Shown here in pieces: positions 1 to 9,691 of a stretch of DNA of 64,000 nucleotides. Within the stretch, counting starts at the first letter, position 1. Every line of letters begins with the position of its first letter. Both the position numbers and the translations under genes were made by a program. Under the pieces are notes generated by a model, which worked only from the letters and a program-made list of their open reading frames with translations, was not told the origin of the DNA and ran no database searches. Source of the stretch: an uncultured delta proteobacterium (GTDB lineage Bacteria > Desulfobacterota > Binatia > UBA9968); NCBI GenBank assembly GCA_963737905.1, contig CAVTUQ010000004.1:32001-96000 (forward strand). The letters run 5' to 3'.

Positions 1-774
1 GAGATGCGCCACGGGTGGCAAATGTGCTACTTGTTGGTTAATTATTTTGGTGACTCGGGAAAACTTGAGGCGAGAAAGCTCCTGGAACGGAGAGCATTCA
101 GAGGGGACCGGCTTCTAGGTTCTTTCAACGCACCGGTCAATAACTGGCTGGACTTTTTTACGTATACGGAATTTGTTGACCGCGATGGCAAATATCAGTT
201 AACCATGCTGAGCCATTCCGCCTTTGCCCCCTTGGCCGAAAGCGTCACCGCGATGCTGAAGGAAGAATTCTTCCACATGTTTACCGGCCACACCGGCTTA
301 ACGCGAATTTTGAGAGCCGGAAAAATTCCTCTTCCCATCGTGCAAAAATATTTCAATAAATGGCTGTCAACGGCTTACGATCTATTCGGTACGGATCATT
401 CGTCGTCAGCGAACTGGTCCTATGTTTGGGGATTGAAAGGAAGATTTGATGAGCATGAGGCCAAAGTTGCTGCGGACAAGAACAAATTGAATGATCTGGC
501 CCGCGATCACTATCTTACCGAATGCGCTAAGCTTATCGATCAGCTCAACCAACTGGTTCCGGAAGGACAACCCAGGCTCTACGCTCCGCACCTGTATTTT
601 AACCGTTCCATCGGCGAGCATGTCGGTAAGACTTACAGTGTCACGGGTGAACTATTATCATCCGAAGCCTACAAGAAGCATCTAGCGGAAGTTCTTCCGA
701 CCCCTGAGGATGAGAGAATATTGAGCGAAATTATCAATGGGAAAGACTGGGTTACGCAGATACAAATGAATTAG
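1..774 (+). CDS. boxB: BoxB-like (benzoyl-CoA 2,3-epoxidase/PaaA-family) diiron protein, 5' partial
   Basis: E-M-R-H and KEEFFH diiron ExxH motifs; WLDFFTYTEFVDRDGKYQL and SAFAPL match BoxB conserved blocks; ORF open at window edge. Confidence 0.75.
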   Translation, partial: EMRHGWQMCYLLVNYFGDSGKLEARKLLERRAFRGDRLLGSFNAPVNNWLDFFTYTEFVDRDGKYQLTMLSHSAFAPLAESVTAMLKEEFFHMFTGHTGLTRILRAGKIPLPIVQKYFNKWLSTAYDLFGTDHSSSANWSYVWGLKGRFDEHEAKVAADKNKLNDLARDHYLTECAKLIDQLNQLVPEGQPRLYAPHLYFNRSIGEHVGKTYSVTGELLSSEAYKKHLAEVLPTPEDERILSEIINGKDWVTQIQMN

Positions 775-811
775 GCACCCAGATAATTCCGTCAGCTACG
801 AGGAGAGGTTT

Positions 812-1135
812 GTGAAAACGCTTTGTCTCGTCTGTCAAAACGTGGATTGCAAAAATAGAGGCTCGGAGCAACTCATGGCCGAACTTCAGAAGCGAGTTGA
901 AGCTAAAGGGCTCGCCGATGTCGAAGTAAAACCCTACATGTGTTTCGGGGCCTGCCAGGAGGGACCCAACATCGTCCTCTATCCTGAAAAAAACTGGTAT
1001 GCCGGGGTGAAAGTCGATGACCTTGACGAGATCACGGATCGTCTTGCCGGCGGCCCTCACGTCCAACGCTTGGACACCATCGATTCCTCGTTGAAAGAAC
1101 TCATCTATCAACTTCTTGACACAGGGGTGTTTTAA
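812..1135 (+). CDS. Thioredoxin-like [2Fe-2S] ferredoxin (NuoE-like)
   Basis: CQNVDC...CFGACQEGPN Cys pattern; GGAG/GAGG RBS before GTG. Confidence 0.85.
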   Translation: MKTLCLVCQNVDCKNRGSEQLMAELQKRVEAKGLADVEVKPYMCFGACQEGPNIVLYPEKNWYAGVKVDDLDEITDRLAGGPHVQRLDTIDSSLKELIYQLLDTGVF

Positions 1136-1138
1136 GTC

Positions 1139-2401
1139 ATGGAGGGTATTCTTTTCCCTCACGCTGTGGTCGAGGGACGAGAAGGATTAAAGGAGTATCA
1201 GGCACGCGGCGGATACGCCGGCGTTGCTAAAGCGATCCAGTCCACCCCCGAGGATATCATCAAAGAAGTCGCCGACGCCGGTCTTCGAGGTCGCGGCGGC
1301 GCAGGGTTTCCCACCGGGAAAAAATGGTCCTTCACGCGCGAATGCCCTGAACAACCACGGTACCTAGTTTTAAATGGCGGGGAGGATGAGCCCGGTAGCA
1401 AAAAGGATCGGATGCTCATGGAGCATCTCCCTCACCTCGTGATTGAAGGTGTGATTCTTAGCGCCTATGCGATCGGGGCATCCAAAGCTTACCTTTACAT
1501 TAACGCGAATTACGAAGCGGCGATAAATAGCATCAATGATGCGTTGACCGAGGCCAAAGCCGCCGGCTACTGGGGTGACAACGTGCTGGGAAGTAATTTT
1601 ACTCTGGACATCGAGCTCAAACCGGCACCCCACAACTACGTTGCCGGTGAAGATACCGCAGCCCTCGAGGTAATCGAAGGCAAAAAAGCTTGGCCGCGCC
1701 AGAAGCCTCCGTTTCCGGTTACGGTCGGGCTCTTCGGCAAACCCACGGCGGTCAACAACGTGGAGACTCTTGCCAATGTGCCGCCGATCATTTTGCATGG
1801 GGCCGAGTGGTACCGCAAATTTGGCACTCCCGAAAGCCCAGGCACGATGATCTTTTCGCTGAATGATGACGTCAATCGTCCGGGGGTTTACGAGCTCCCC
1901 TTCGGCACGCCGCTCAGGTATTTGATCGAAGAATGTGGCGGTGGAATGAAGGGCGGCAAAAAGATCAAAGCCATCATGCCTGCGGCGCCGTCTTCGGCTT
2001 TCCTCCCGGCAGACAAGATGGACACACCGTTGGATCACAACTCGATGCGGGAAGCGGGTTCGGGACTCGGTTGCGGTGTCGTGCGCTTGATTGACGAAGA
2101 AACCTGTATCGTAGAAGAAGTGTTAAAGATCTCCGAATTCTTCACCGTCGAATCCTGCGGCCAATGCCCCGCCTGCCGGATGGAAACCAACACCCTTACG
2201 TCATTGCTCAAGAAAGTTCAGCAGGGACAAGGCGGCCAACCGATACTCGAGCAATTCGGAAAAATCCTCGCTTTTAACAAAGGTAAAGGCTTCTGCAATC
2301 TCATCGCCATGCCCGGTCCACCCATTGAAAGCGCCCTCAAACTTTTTCCCGAAGATTTCGAGGCCCACCTCGCTACCGGCAAATGCCCCGCGGCTAATTA
2401 A
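1139..2401 (+). CDS. NuoF-like FMN/[4Fe-4S] NAD(P)H dehydrogenase subunit
   Basis: GLRGRGGAGFPTGKKW, EDEPGSKKD, GKPTAVNNVETL, ESCGQCPACR...C motifs. Confidence 0.9.
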   Translation: MEGILFPHAVVEGREGLKEYQARGGYAGVAKAIQSTPEDIIKEVADAGLRGRGGAGFPTGKKWSFTRECPEQPRYLVLNGGEDEPGSKKDRMLMEHLPHLVIEGVILSAYAIGASKAYLYINANYEAAINSINDALTEAKAAGYWGDNVLGSNFTLDIELKPAPHNYVAGEDTAALEVIEGKKAWPRQKPPFPVTVGLFGKPTAVNNVETLANVPPIILHGAEWYRKFGTPESPGTMIFSLNDDVNRPGVYELPFGTPLRYLIEECGGGMKGGKKIKAIMPAAPSSAFLPADKMDTPLDHNSMREAGSGLGCGVVRLIDEETCIVEEVLKISEFFTVESCGQCPACRMETNTLTSLLKKVQQGQGGQPILEQFGKILAFNKGKGFCNLIAMPGPPIESALKLFPEDFEAHLATGKCPAAN

Positions 2402-2599
2402 AGCAGACGCAGGGTCATGCTTTCGTTTCATTTTTCAGTCCGCTCAGGCTGCAATGGCATCTCCATCAACGATTCGTTCGTTTGACGGTTTTGATGGGCG
2501 CTTGATAGTATCCGCCTTGTTCAAATCGAGGCGCATAACAGGAACTTCGAGTTCTTTCGCTCGCTCTTCGGCGCGGCGAAGAATTGAAAGGAGCCAATC

Positions 2600-3430
2600 A
2601 TGAGACTCGCACCGATCCACTGGCCCCACGATGCAAAAATTGCTGTCAGCTTCTTCGTAGCCTTTGAAGCTTTTGAAAAATATTCGCAGTACCGCCAAGG
2701 CGGCGACAAACCGGATTATGCGTCTCTCGCCTACGGCGAATACGGAGGCAAGGCGGGTATCTGGCGCATCATGGACGTGCTAAACCGCAACGGCGTTAAA
2801 GGCACTATCGATACCAACGGCCGTATCGCCGAAGACTTTCCTGATGCGTTGAAAGAACTCCATGCCGCGAGTCATGAAATCGTTGGCCACGGTTGGGTCA
2901 ATGACACAGCTCTGTCCTCGCTCGATGCCGTTAAAGAAAGAACTTTGATCAAACGAACATTGGACGCCATCGCATCGGTCACCGGCAAACGTCCCGTGGG
3001 TTGGGTCAGCCCCGGGCATAGAGTCAACGAATATACATTCGGCAACTTCGTCGACGAAGGAATATTCTGGACTGGAGATCTGCCAGGACCTGACATTCCA
3101 CAGCACCGCATTGTCAATGGCAAACCCTTGATCATCATGCCGCGGCTCGATTACGCCAATGATCTATCGCTCATCTTTAACGCGAAAAATCCCGCCCGGG
3201 TTTATTTTGACAGCTTCAAAGCAGCCTTTGATTGTCTCTACGCGGAGGGCCAGGCGGGCGCGCCGAAGCTCATCGATTGTCTCGTGCACGCGCATATCGG
3301 CGGCAGACCCAACATTATAGGGGTGTTCGAAGAATGCGTCCGCTATGCCAAGGGTTTTCCCGAGGTATGGTTCGCGACCAAAGGGGAAATCGCCAAATAT
3401 TACCTCGACACTTACGTCACTAAATCGTAA
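2600..3430 (+). CDS. Polysaccharide deacetylase/PuuE-like (NodB family) hydrolase
   Basis: EYGGKAGIWR, HEIVGHGW, GKRPVGWVSPG, VWFATKGEIA. Confidence 0.85.
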   Translation: MRLAPIHWPHDAKIAVSFFVAFEAFEKYSQYRQGGDKPDYASLAYGEYGGKAGIWRIMDVLNRNGVKGTIDTNGRIAEDFPDALKELHAASHEIVGHGWVNDTALSSLDAVKERTLIKRTLDAIASVTGKRPVGWVSPGHRVNEYTFGNFVDEGIFWTGDLPGPDIPQHRIVNGKPLIIMPRLDYANDLSLIFNAKNPARVYFDSFKAAFDCLYAEGQAGAPKLIDCLVHAHIGGRPNIIGVFEECVRYAKGFPEVWFATKGEIAKYYLDTYVTKS

Positions 3431-3444
3431 CCGGAGGAACTGAG

Positions 3445-4626
3445 ATGGCATCGGGTGGAAAAGACGAAAAATATCTCGAGGGACTGAAATCTGGCGAGCT
3501 TCTCTTGAAACTCACCTGGGACGAATGGCTCACGTTGAGCGCACCGTTTGAGAACGTAGACTTTTCAGTCGAAGACGTCACGGCGCGCTACAACAGAAAC
3601 GGTTACGATTGGGATATGCATGGCACGCTCTATACCCCCGCGAAAGAAGTTAACTCCCAGCGTGCCTTCGTATGTTTCCACGGCGGAGCGGGCAGCGAAA
3701 AGATCATGGACCTCACGCCGGACGGCAGACCCGGTTTGGCCCGGGTTCTAGCTTCCCAAGGCTTCAAAGCTCTAGCTCTCACTTACCCGGGTCACTATCC
3801 TCCCGGAGGCGTTTGGAAAAACCCTATCCCGGAACGCATGCCGGTTTATCTCATGGACCACGAACTCCCTATCGAAGAGATCAAAGATCGAAATTTGAAG
3901 TGCACGTTCAACACCATTCTCCAGGGGGCGGGACTATTGACGGATCAACATCTGAGCGGCCGGGAAATCCTGGGATTTGGCCATTCCACGGGCGGACCTA
4001 TGGCAGCCCATCTGACGCGCTTTTCGAAAAAGACAAAAGTCATCGGACTGGTTGGATTTGGCAGCGGCGGTCCAGATGGCTGGCGACTCGAGTGGAGAAA
4101 CAAGACTGGCGCGGAAAAATATGTGGAAAAGCCGGTCGATCATGTGTCGCGACGGTCGCCTGATTCTTTTCGTGAGTCGGGCTACGTCGATCCACCGGAC
4201 CTTACGCCCTGGGGAGGTGCCGACGATTACTTTCGACTCATCAGCCCGCTGCGCTCCCAGATGAAAACCAGCCTGTGCGACAACCAGCACAACGCAGCCG
4301 TGGGAATTCTCGAAGAATATCCCAAGCGCACGGGCCTCCCGCGGGAAGAATACTTCGATCACCTGGAAGAGCCGGATCCGAATTGGCTCAAAACCATCAG
4401 AGTTCTTCTCACCGCCGGCGAGAATGACAAAGGCCACTGGGTCAGAGGCGATCGTCTGCAAGATAAGCGGGAAATGTTCATGGGCGCAAAGTACGCGGCT
4501 GCCACTCGCGGAGCGCACGTCGTGCTAATACCCCGTTACGGGCATGTGGGTTATGCCGAGCTTCACAACGAGAAGATCGCTTACCTGTGGCTCTGGGCGG
4601 TTAAATCAGGTTATTTCGATAGCTAA
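3445..4626 (+). CDS. Alpha/beta-hydrolase-fold protein
   Basis: HGGAG oxyanion motif and GHSTGG nucleophile elbow; GGAGG RBS. Confidence 0.6.
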   Translation: MASGGKDEKYLEGLKSGELLLKLTWDEWLTLSAPFENVDFSVEDVTARYNRNGYDWDMHGTLYTPAKEVNSQRAFVCFHGGAGSEKIMDLTPDGRPGLARVLASQGFKALALTYPGHYPPGGVWKNPIPERMPVYLMDHELPIEEIKDRNLKCTFNTILQGAGLLTDQHLSGREILGFGHSTGGPMAAHLTRFSKKTKVIGLVGFGSGGPDGWRLEWRNKTGAEKYVEKPVDHVSRRSPDSFRESGYVDPPDLTPWGGADDYFRLISPLRSQMKTSLCDNQHNAAVGILEEYPKRTGLPREEYFDHLEEPDPNWLKTIRVLLTAGENDKGHWVRGDRLQDKREMFMGAKYAAATRGAHVVLIPRYGHVGYAELHNEKIAYLWLWAVKSGYFDS

Positions 4627-4700
4627 CCTAACAATCACGCACAGGAGGACATCACGGTCTCTGACTTTAATAAATGGCTTTTCACAAAGGAGAGATAAGA

Positions 4701-5789
4701 ATGCATACAAAAATAATTGCCAGTTCTGCGTCTCCATTTGCACTCATAGCCGCAATCCTCTTATCGACCGTCGCGGCATCCTATGGCGCTCAGAGCAAAC
4801 CCTTATCCGTGGCCGATCTCGCCTTTTACCAAGGCGCCGATCGCGAGAAAATCCTCCTGGAAGGCGCTAAAAAAGAAGGGCAAGTGACTTTCTACACGTC
4901 AAACACTTGGGTCGCCGGTCCAGTGTCCCAGGAGTTCGAGAAAAAGTACCCTTTCGTTAAAGCCAATGTATGGCGCAGCGATTCCAAATCATTGCTGAAA
5001 CGGCTAACGGAAGAGGTGGCGGCCGGGCGGTTTATTGGCGATGTCGTTGAAAGCAGTCCTGAGTATATGGAGATCCTTATGAGGAGCAACATCCTCCAAG
5101 AGTATTTGTCCCCGGAACTGAGTGCCTACGACGACGATGCAAAAATCAAAGGGAAGAGGGGCGTCTATGCGTGGACCAACCGAGAGATCTATATCAGCCT
5201 GGGGTTTAACACCAAGATCATAGCTCCCGCGGAAGCGCCAAAAACCATCAAGGATTATCTCGACCCTAAATGGAAAGGAAAAATGTCCATCGCCGGGACC
5301 ACCACGGGGACCCAGTGGGTCGGAGCTCTCATGGAGTCCATGGGTCGCGAGTTTCTGGAAAAACTAAGCGCGCAAGAAATCAATGTTCAGAATATGTCCG
5401 GCGCGGCTTTGTCCGGGCTGGTTGCCTCCGGCGAAGTCCCTTTGTCGCCCACCATCTTCAATTCCAACATCTTCACCCATAAAGAAAAAGGTGCCCCGGT
5501 CGAATGGAGACCGCTGGATCCTGTTATAGCGGGAGTGGGCACTTCAGGCATGGTCCTCAATGCACCCCATCCTCACGCTGCCCTGCTTTTTCTTGATTAC
5601 CTCCATTCCAAACTCGGGCAGCAGGTCGCCATGAAGGGCGGCCTCAGTTCGGCGCGCAATGACATCGGTTCTCTGGAACAGAAGTTCAAGAAGGTCTACA
5701 TCGAAAGCCAATACACGCCAGAGGAATTCGAGAAGAAAATCGAGGAATGGGAAAGCTTGATGCGCAAGCTTTTCATTCGGAAACGCTAG
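4701..5789 (+). CDS. ABC transporter extracellular solute-binding protein (Fe/thiamine-like family)
   Basis: Signal peptide; GAKKEGQVTFYTS, DPKWKGK, APHPHAALLFLDY. Confidence 0.85.
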   Translation: MHTKIIASSASPFALIAAILLSTVAASYGAQSKPLSVADLAFYQGADREKILLEGAKKEGQVTFYTSNTWVAGPVSQEFEKKYPFVKANVWRSDSKSLLKRLTEEVAAGRFIGDVVESSPEYMEILMRSNILQEYLSPELSAYDDDAKIKGKRGVYAWTNREIYISLGFNTKIIAPAEAPKTIKDYLDPKWKGKMSIAGTTTGTQWVGALMESMGREFLEKLSAQEINVQNMSGAALSGLVASGEVPLSPTIFNSNIFTHKEKGAPVEWRPLDPVIAGVGTSGMVLNAPHPHAALLFLDYLHSKLGQQVAMKGGLSSARNDIGSLEQKFKKVYIESQYTPEEFEKKIEEWESLMRKLFIRKR

Positions 5790-5842
5790 TTCAGCCGGAA
5801 TATATTTCAGCTTACCGACTCATGACAATGAGAGAGCATTGA

Positions 5843-6787
5843 ATGACTTCAATTGTTCTAATCACCGGCGCCAATGGCTTCATCGGCTCCCACACAACTC
5901 TGCTCATGGAATCACTCGGTCACAAGGTCATTCCCGTGGACGCCGTGCCTCGCTCGACAGATCTTTCCTTGCTCGGGATTCAAACACCCAGTCACCTCAT
6001 GGATGTCACGGATGTATTGGCTTTCCGAAAGCTCTGCGACAAGGAAAAGCCGACCCATATCTTTCACGCTGCGCACCCGCCTCGGAACGAAGATCCCTCG
6101 GTGCTCAACTTTTGTTATCATGCAATGACCAATATTCTCGAGGCGGCAAAGACACTTAAAATGCGGCGGGTCGTCTATTCAAGCTCCGCTTCTATTTACG
6201 GCCAGTTGAAAAAGCCGGACGGCGGTCTCATTAAGGAAGAGGACGCGGTTACGATTTATCCCACCTATTTCTATCGCGCCGCGAAAACCGTTTCGGAGTG
6301 GATGGGCGACTTTTACAAAGAAAAACACGGCGTAGACTTTGTCGCGTTGAGATACTCTTCTGTTTACGGCCCCGGTCTGTACAGAAGCATTCCCTTAGAA
6401 CTCAAAAGAGGCATCCTCGGCCAACCCTGCCGGCCCTTTCTCACACGCCCGCTTGACGATTTGATCTATGTGGACGACGTTGTCGATGCGATTCGCCGCG
6501 CGCTCTTTTCAGACAAACCCCTCAGCCGCGCCTATAACATCGGCCTCGACAAGACCTACACGAACGAGGATCTCACCCAGGCCATTCGGAAAGCGCTGCC
6601 GGATCTGAAATTCGAAATCGGCGAACATCCCAACGCCGCCGAAGTGGGCCCCCATCGCTTACGTAACCCGCTCGATATTTCCCTTGCGCAACGAGAACTG
6701 GGCTGGACCCCGAAGATTTATCTCGAAGAAGGCATCGCACGGTTAGCAAAATGGTTGCAAGAGAACAAAGCCAAGCGGCAAATGTGA
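5843..6787 (+). CDS. NAD-dependent epimerase/dehydratase (extended SDR)
   Basis: ITGANGFIG Rossmann motif, SSAS, YRAAK catalytic motif. Confidence 0.9.
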   Translation: MTSIVLITGANGFIGSHTTLLMESLGHKVIPVDAVPRSTDLSLLGIQTPSHLMDVTDVLAFRKLCDKEKPTHIFHAAHPPRNEDPSVLNFCYHAMTNILEAAKTLKMRRVVYSSSASIYGQLKKPDGGLIKEEDAVTIYPTYFYRAAKTVSEWMGDFYKEKHGVDFVALRYSSVYGPGLYRSIPLELKRGILGQPCRPFLTRPLDDLIYVDDVVDAIRRALFSDKPLSRAYNIGLDKTYTNEDLTQAIRKALPDLKFEIGEHPNAAEVGPHRLRNPLDISLAQRELGWTPKIYLEEGIARLAKWLQENKAKRQM

Positions 6788-6849
6788 CCGCATCGACAGA
6801 CACTGTTGCGCTCACAAATAGCCCTGTCACAGCTCACGTTTGTTGCCTG

Positions 6850-7992
6850 CTAATTCCAAAGTCGATTTGAAGCGATGGCCGCGCCTTCCGCCAGCGACTT
6901 AAGCTTGGCCCACGCGATGCGCGGGTCGATGGTCGCCTCTGTGCGCACGAACGTGCCGAAGCCGCAGTCCGTGCCCGCGATGACATTCTCACGGCCTACG
7001 ATCTCTGCGTAGCGAACAATCCGCTGTGCTACAAGCTCCGGGTGCTCGACGAAATTGGTCGTGGAGTCAATGACACCTGGAATGATGACCATGCCATCAG
7101 GGAGATGAAACTCCTTGAAGACGATCCACTCATGCTCATGTCTGGGGTTGGCACCCTCAAAAGAGATAGCGCCGACTTTGGCCATTAGCGCTACATCGAT
7201 GATCTCCGTGAGCGGAATGTCCAAATGGTGCGGGCCTTCGTAGTTGCCCCAGCACATATGGAGGCGCACCCGATCCGCCGGAATGTCCCGCAAGGCGTGA
7301 TTCAGGGCCGCCACGTGAAGCTCGGCGACCTTCTTGAACTCCTTTGTGCTCAGGTCGGAAAACCGGTTGTGGCGGCTCATGCACAAGTCGGGGCAGTCCA
7401 CCTGAAGCACGAAACCGGCTCGGTGGATGGCGTCGTATTCTTCTTTCAAGGCATCCACCAGGGCGTATAAATATTTCTCCTCGCTCCCATAGTATTGGTC
7501 TTTCATGAAATGAGGCACCACGCCGGGCGAAGCTGCGGTCATGAACACCGCCTCAGGTTGGACTTCTTTGACGGCGACCTGCAGGTTTTCAATGTCCCTG
7601 CGCACCGCATCTCGATCTTTCCAAGCGATCGGGCCCGTGCACGCGGGGCGCTCGGGAGCGGCTCTCCCCGTGCGACGAGCAGTGTACTCCGGGAAGTCCT
7701 TGGCTTCGCCCGAGACAGCGGCAGGCGTAGATTCACCCTCAAAGCCAGTTAGGCGGTCTTTCATGTAAGTCGAGTAACCGGGTTTGCCCTGTTCGCCGTC
7801 ATTGATCACTGTGACGCCAACCTCGGCCTGCCTGCACACCACCTCCATGACCGCAGAGCGGACGCGCATGGCGAGGGCGTCTTCGTCCACCGGTTGCTTC
7901 TTCTCCTTGCGCAGCATCATGTGAACGAGCTCCGTAGGACGGGGCAGGCTCCCGGTGTGCGTAGTGAGGATGTGATGAGTGCTGCGCTTCAT
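6850..7992 (-). CDS. Cobalamin-independent methionine synthase II family protein
   Basis: TTHTGSLPRP, DGEQ, HMCWGNYEG, GTDCGF zinc-binding motifs; half-length MetE type. Confidence 0.88.
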   Translation of the reverse strand: MKRSTHHILTTHTGSLPRPTELVHMMLRKEKKQPVDEDALAMRVRSAVMEVVCRQAEVGVTVINDGEQGKPGYSTYMKDRLTGFEGESTPAAVSGEAKDFPEYTARRTGRAAPERPACTGPIAWKDRDAVRRDIENLQVAVKEVQPEAVFMTAASPGVVPHFMKDQYYGSEEKYLYALVDALKEEYDAIHRAGFVLQVDCPDLCMSRHNRFSDLSTKEFKKVAELHVAALNHALRDIPADRVRLHMCWGNYEGPHHLDIPLTEIIDVALMAKVGAISFEGANPRHEHEWIVFKEFHLPDGMVIIPGVIDSTTNFVEHPELVAQRIVRYAEIVGRENVIAGTDCGFGTFVRTEATIDPRIAWAKLKSLAEGAAIASNRLWN

Positions 7993-8023
7993 AACTTGCC
8001 TCCATTCGATGGTCAGGCGTGAC

Positions 8024-9208
8024 TCAGCCCATCAGCCTGCCGGCCAGAGCGAGCAGGAGCGTATCGTTGCCGCGTGCGGCGATGAGCGACAGCCCAAGCG
8101 GGCAACCGTCGAGCTGTGCCAACGGCAGCGATACTTGGGGCAGGCGTGCCAAGCCAGCAATGCACAGGATTGGCAGCGCTCGGGCACGCAGGTCGTCGAG
8201 TACTTTTGACGGTGAGTTCCGGAGCAGCGCGATGCCGGGCGCGGACGGCAACGCGAGTACAGTTTTTTCCCCAAGCATTTCCGACATGCGGCGCGCGATC
8301 TCCTCACGCTGCATGCTAGCGCGCGTGATATCCCCGGGACCGACTGTCGCCGCCCAGGCAAAGCGTTCCTTGACTCCCGGCCCGATCGCAGGTTTTTCCC
8401 GCATAATCCACTCGCCGTGACAAGCCCATGCTTCGGCGCCCTGCAGGAAGCGGAAATAATCCATCCATCGCGTGAGCGGTTCGTCACCCACCGTCACAAA
8501 CTCGGGCATTCCGACCACCGCCGCTACTTTATCGATTGCGGACCGAAGCGCATGGGCAACGGCTTCTCCAGCGACTTCGAAGGCGTCTTGTGCGATGAGC
8601 AAGCGCTCAGGCCGCGGCGTGGACGCCTCGTCGCGAAGCAGGGTTCTCCCGACGCGTTCGAAGACCCCGACGTCGCGCGCAAACCAGCCGCAGGTATCGA
8701 AGCTCGGGGCTAGCGGACACACGCCATCGAGCGGAATGCGCCCGTGTGTGGGTCGCATACCGAGGATCCCGCAGAAGCTTGCCGGAACGCGCACGGAGCC
8801 GCCGGTGTCGCTGCCGATGGCGAAATCCACCACATTGGCAGCGACGACAGAGGCCGAACCACTGGACGAACCGCCGGTAACGCGCCCCGGCGCGTTCACG
8901 TTCACCGGTGCGCCGTAGTGCGCATTCTCTCCCGTGAGACCCCAGGTCAGTTCGTCGGTGTGGGTCTTGCCGACGAGATCTGCGCCCGCGTCGAGCAGCC
9001 GCTGAACGGCGGGCGCCGTGCGAGCCGCGGGCCTATGGGTGCGCAGCCAGTCGGGGCTGCCGAAGCCGGTCCTGTGGCCGGCGACATCGTAGATGTCTTT
9101 GACGGCGAACTTAAGCCCCCGCAGCGGCCCGTGCGACGCGCCCGCCATCTCGACGTGGGTGTCGCGGCAAAAAGCTCCGAGCCGATCGTTGGCGACGATC
9201 TCGTTCAC
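8024..9208 (-). CDS. Amidase (amidase-signature family)
   Basis: AVKDIY, GGSSSGS, GSDTGGSVRVPAS. Confidence 0.92.
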   Translation of the reverse strand: MNEIVANDRLGAFCRDTHVEMAGASHGPLRGLKFAVKDIYDVAGHRTGFGSPDWLRTHRPAARTAPAVQRLLDAGADLVGKTHTDELTWGLTGENAHYGAPVNVNAPGRVTGGSSSGSASVVAANVVDFAIGSDTGGSVRVPASFCGILGMRPTHGRIPLDGVCPLAPSFDTCGWFARDVGVFERVGRTLLRDEASTPRPERLLIAQDAFEVAGEAVAHALRSAIDKVAAVVGMPEFVTVGDEPLTRWMDYFRFLQGAEAWACHGEWIMREKPAIGPGVKERFAWAATVGPGDITRASMQREEIARRMSEMLGEKTVLALPSAPGIALLRNSPSKVLDDLRARALPILCIAGLARLPQVSLPLAQLDGCPLGLSLIAARGNDTLLLALAGRLMG

Positions 9209-9220
9209 TGAATTGGTGGA

Positions 9221-9303
9221 ACGCAGATAAACACAGACAATTCAGACCCGGAAGCGTGCTTAACCGGGACTTTAATCCGCACATATCTGCGGGTGTCTGT
9301 GGC
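9221..9303. repeat. Periodic (about 10-bp) repeat hairpin
   Basis: ACGCAGATAA ACACAGACAA TTCAGA arm and inverse ATCCGCACAT ATCTGCGGGT GTCTGTGGC arm. Confidence 0.6.
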
Positions 9304-9307
9304 TAAA

Positions 9308-9403
9308 TCACACATCAACTTTTGTTGGTTCGTAGCCGAGTTTTTCGCGGATAGCGTTGAGGCCATCGTTGCTCAGGATCATGAAGTGATAATGGTGGAC
9401 CAT
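9308..9403 (-). pseudogene. Possible 3' gene remnant or 31-aa small ORF (MVHHYHFMILSNDGLNAIREKLGYEPTKVDV)
   Basis: Protein-like codon run ending in TGA just before a repeat hairpin; in-frame stop a few codons upstream of the ATG. Confidence 0.35.
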
Positions 9404-9691
9404 ATCCAATAGTGGGCTGCCCGGTCAACACTTTGGGTTTTAACGGCCTAAACCCGGCGACCCCTGAGCTTCGGGCGGTATGCGCGAAACAAGACTTGCA
9501 GTTTTCGTCGGCCGAGGCACTATCAGTACCTGTCCGGGAAGGTCGGCTTTTCTAGCGCCAGCAATCACATTAGAACCGTTATCTAAGGGTGGCAAGAAGC
9601 CAGCTTCTGTTGTCGGCGCAGATTTGGATTGACAGGAATAGCAGTAATTCATAGCATCCGGCTGTCCGTATATCCGACCGAGGAGATCAGC

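Noticed and set aside
812-2401. Part of a respiratory complex I or hydrogenase operon
   Set aside because: No other nuo, hox or fdh subunits adjacent
9441-9581. Integron attC site
   Set aside because: Ends only loosely match RYYYAAC/GTTRRRY, L boxes are unclear, and there is no integrase or cassette array
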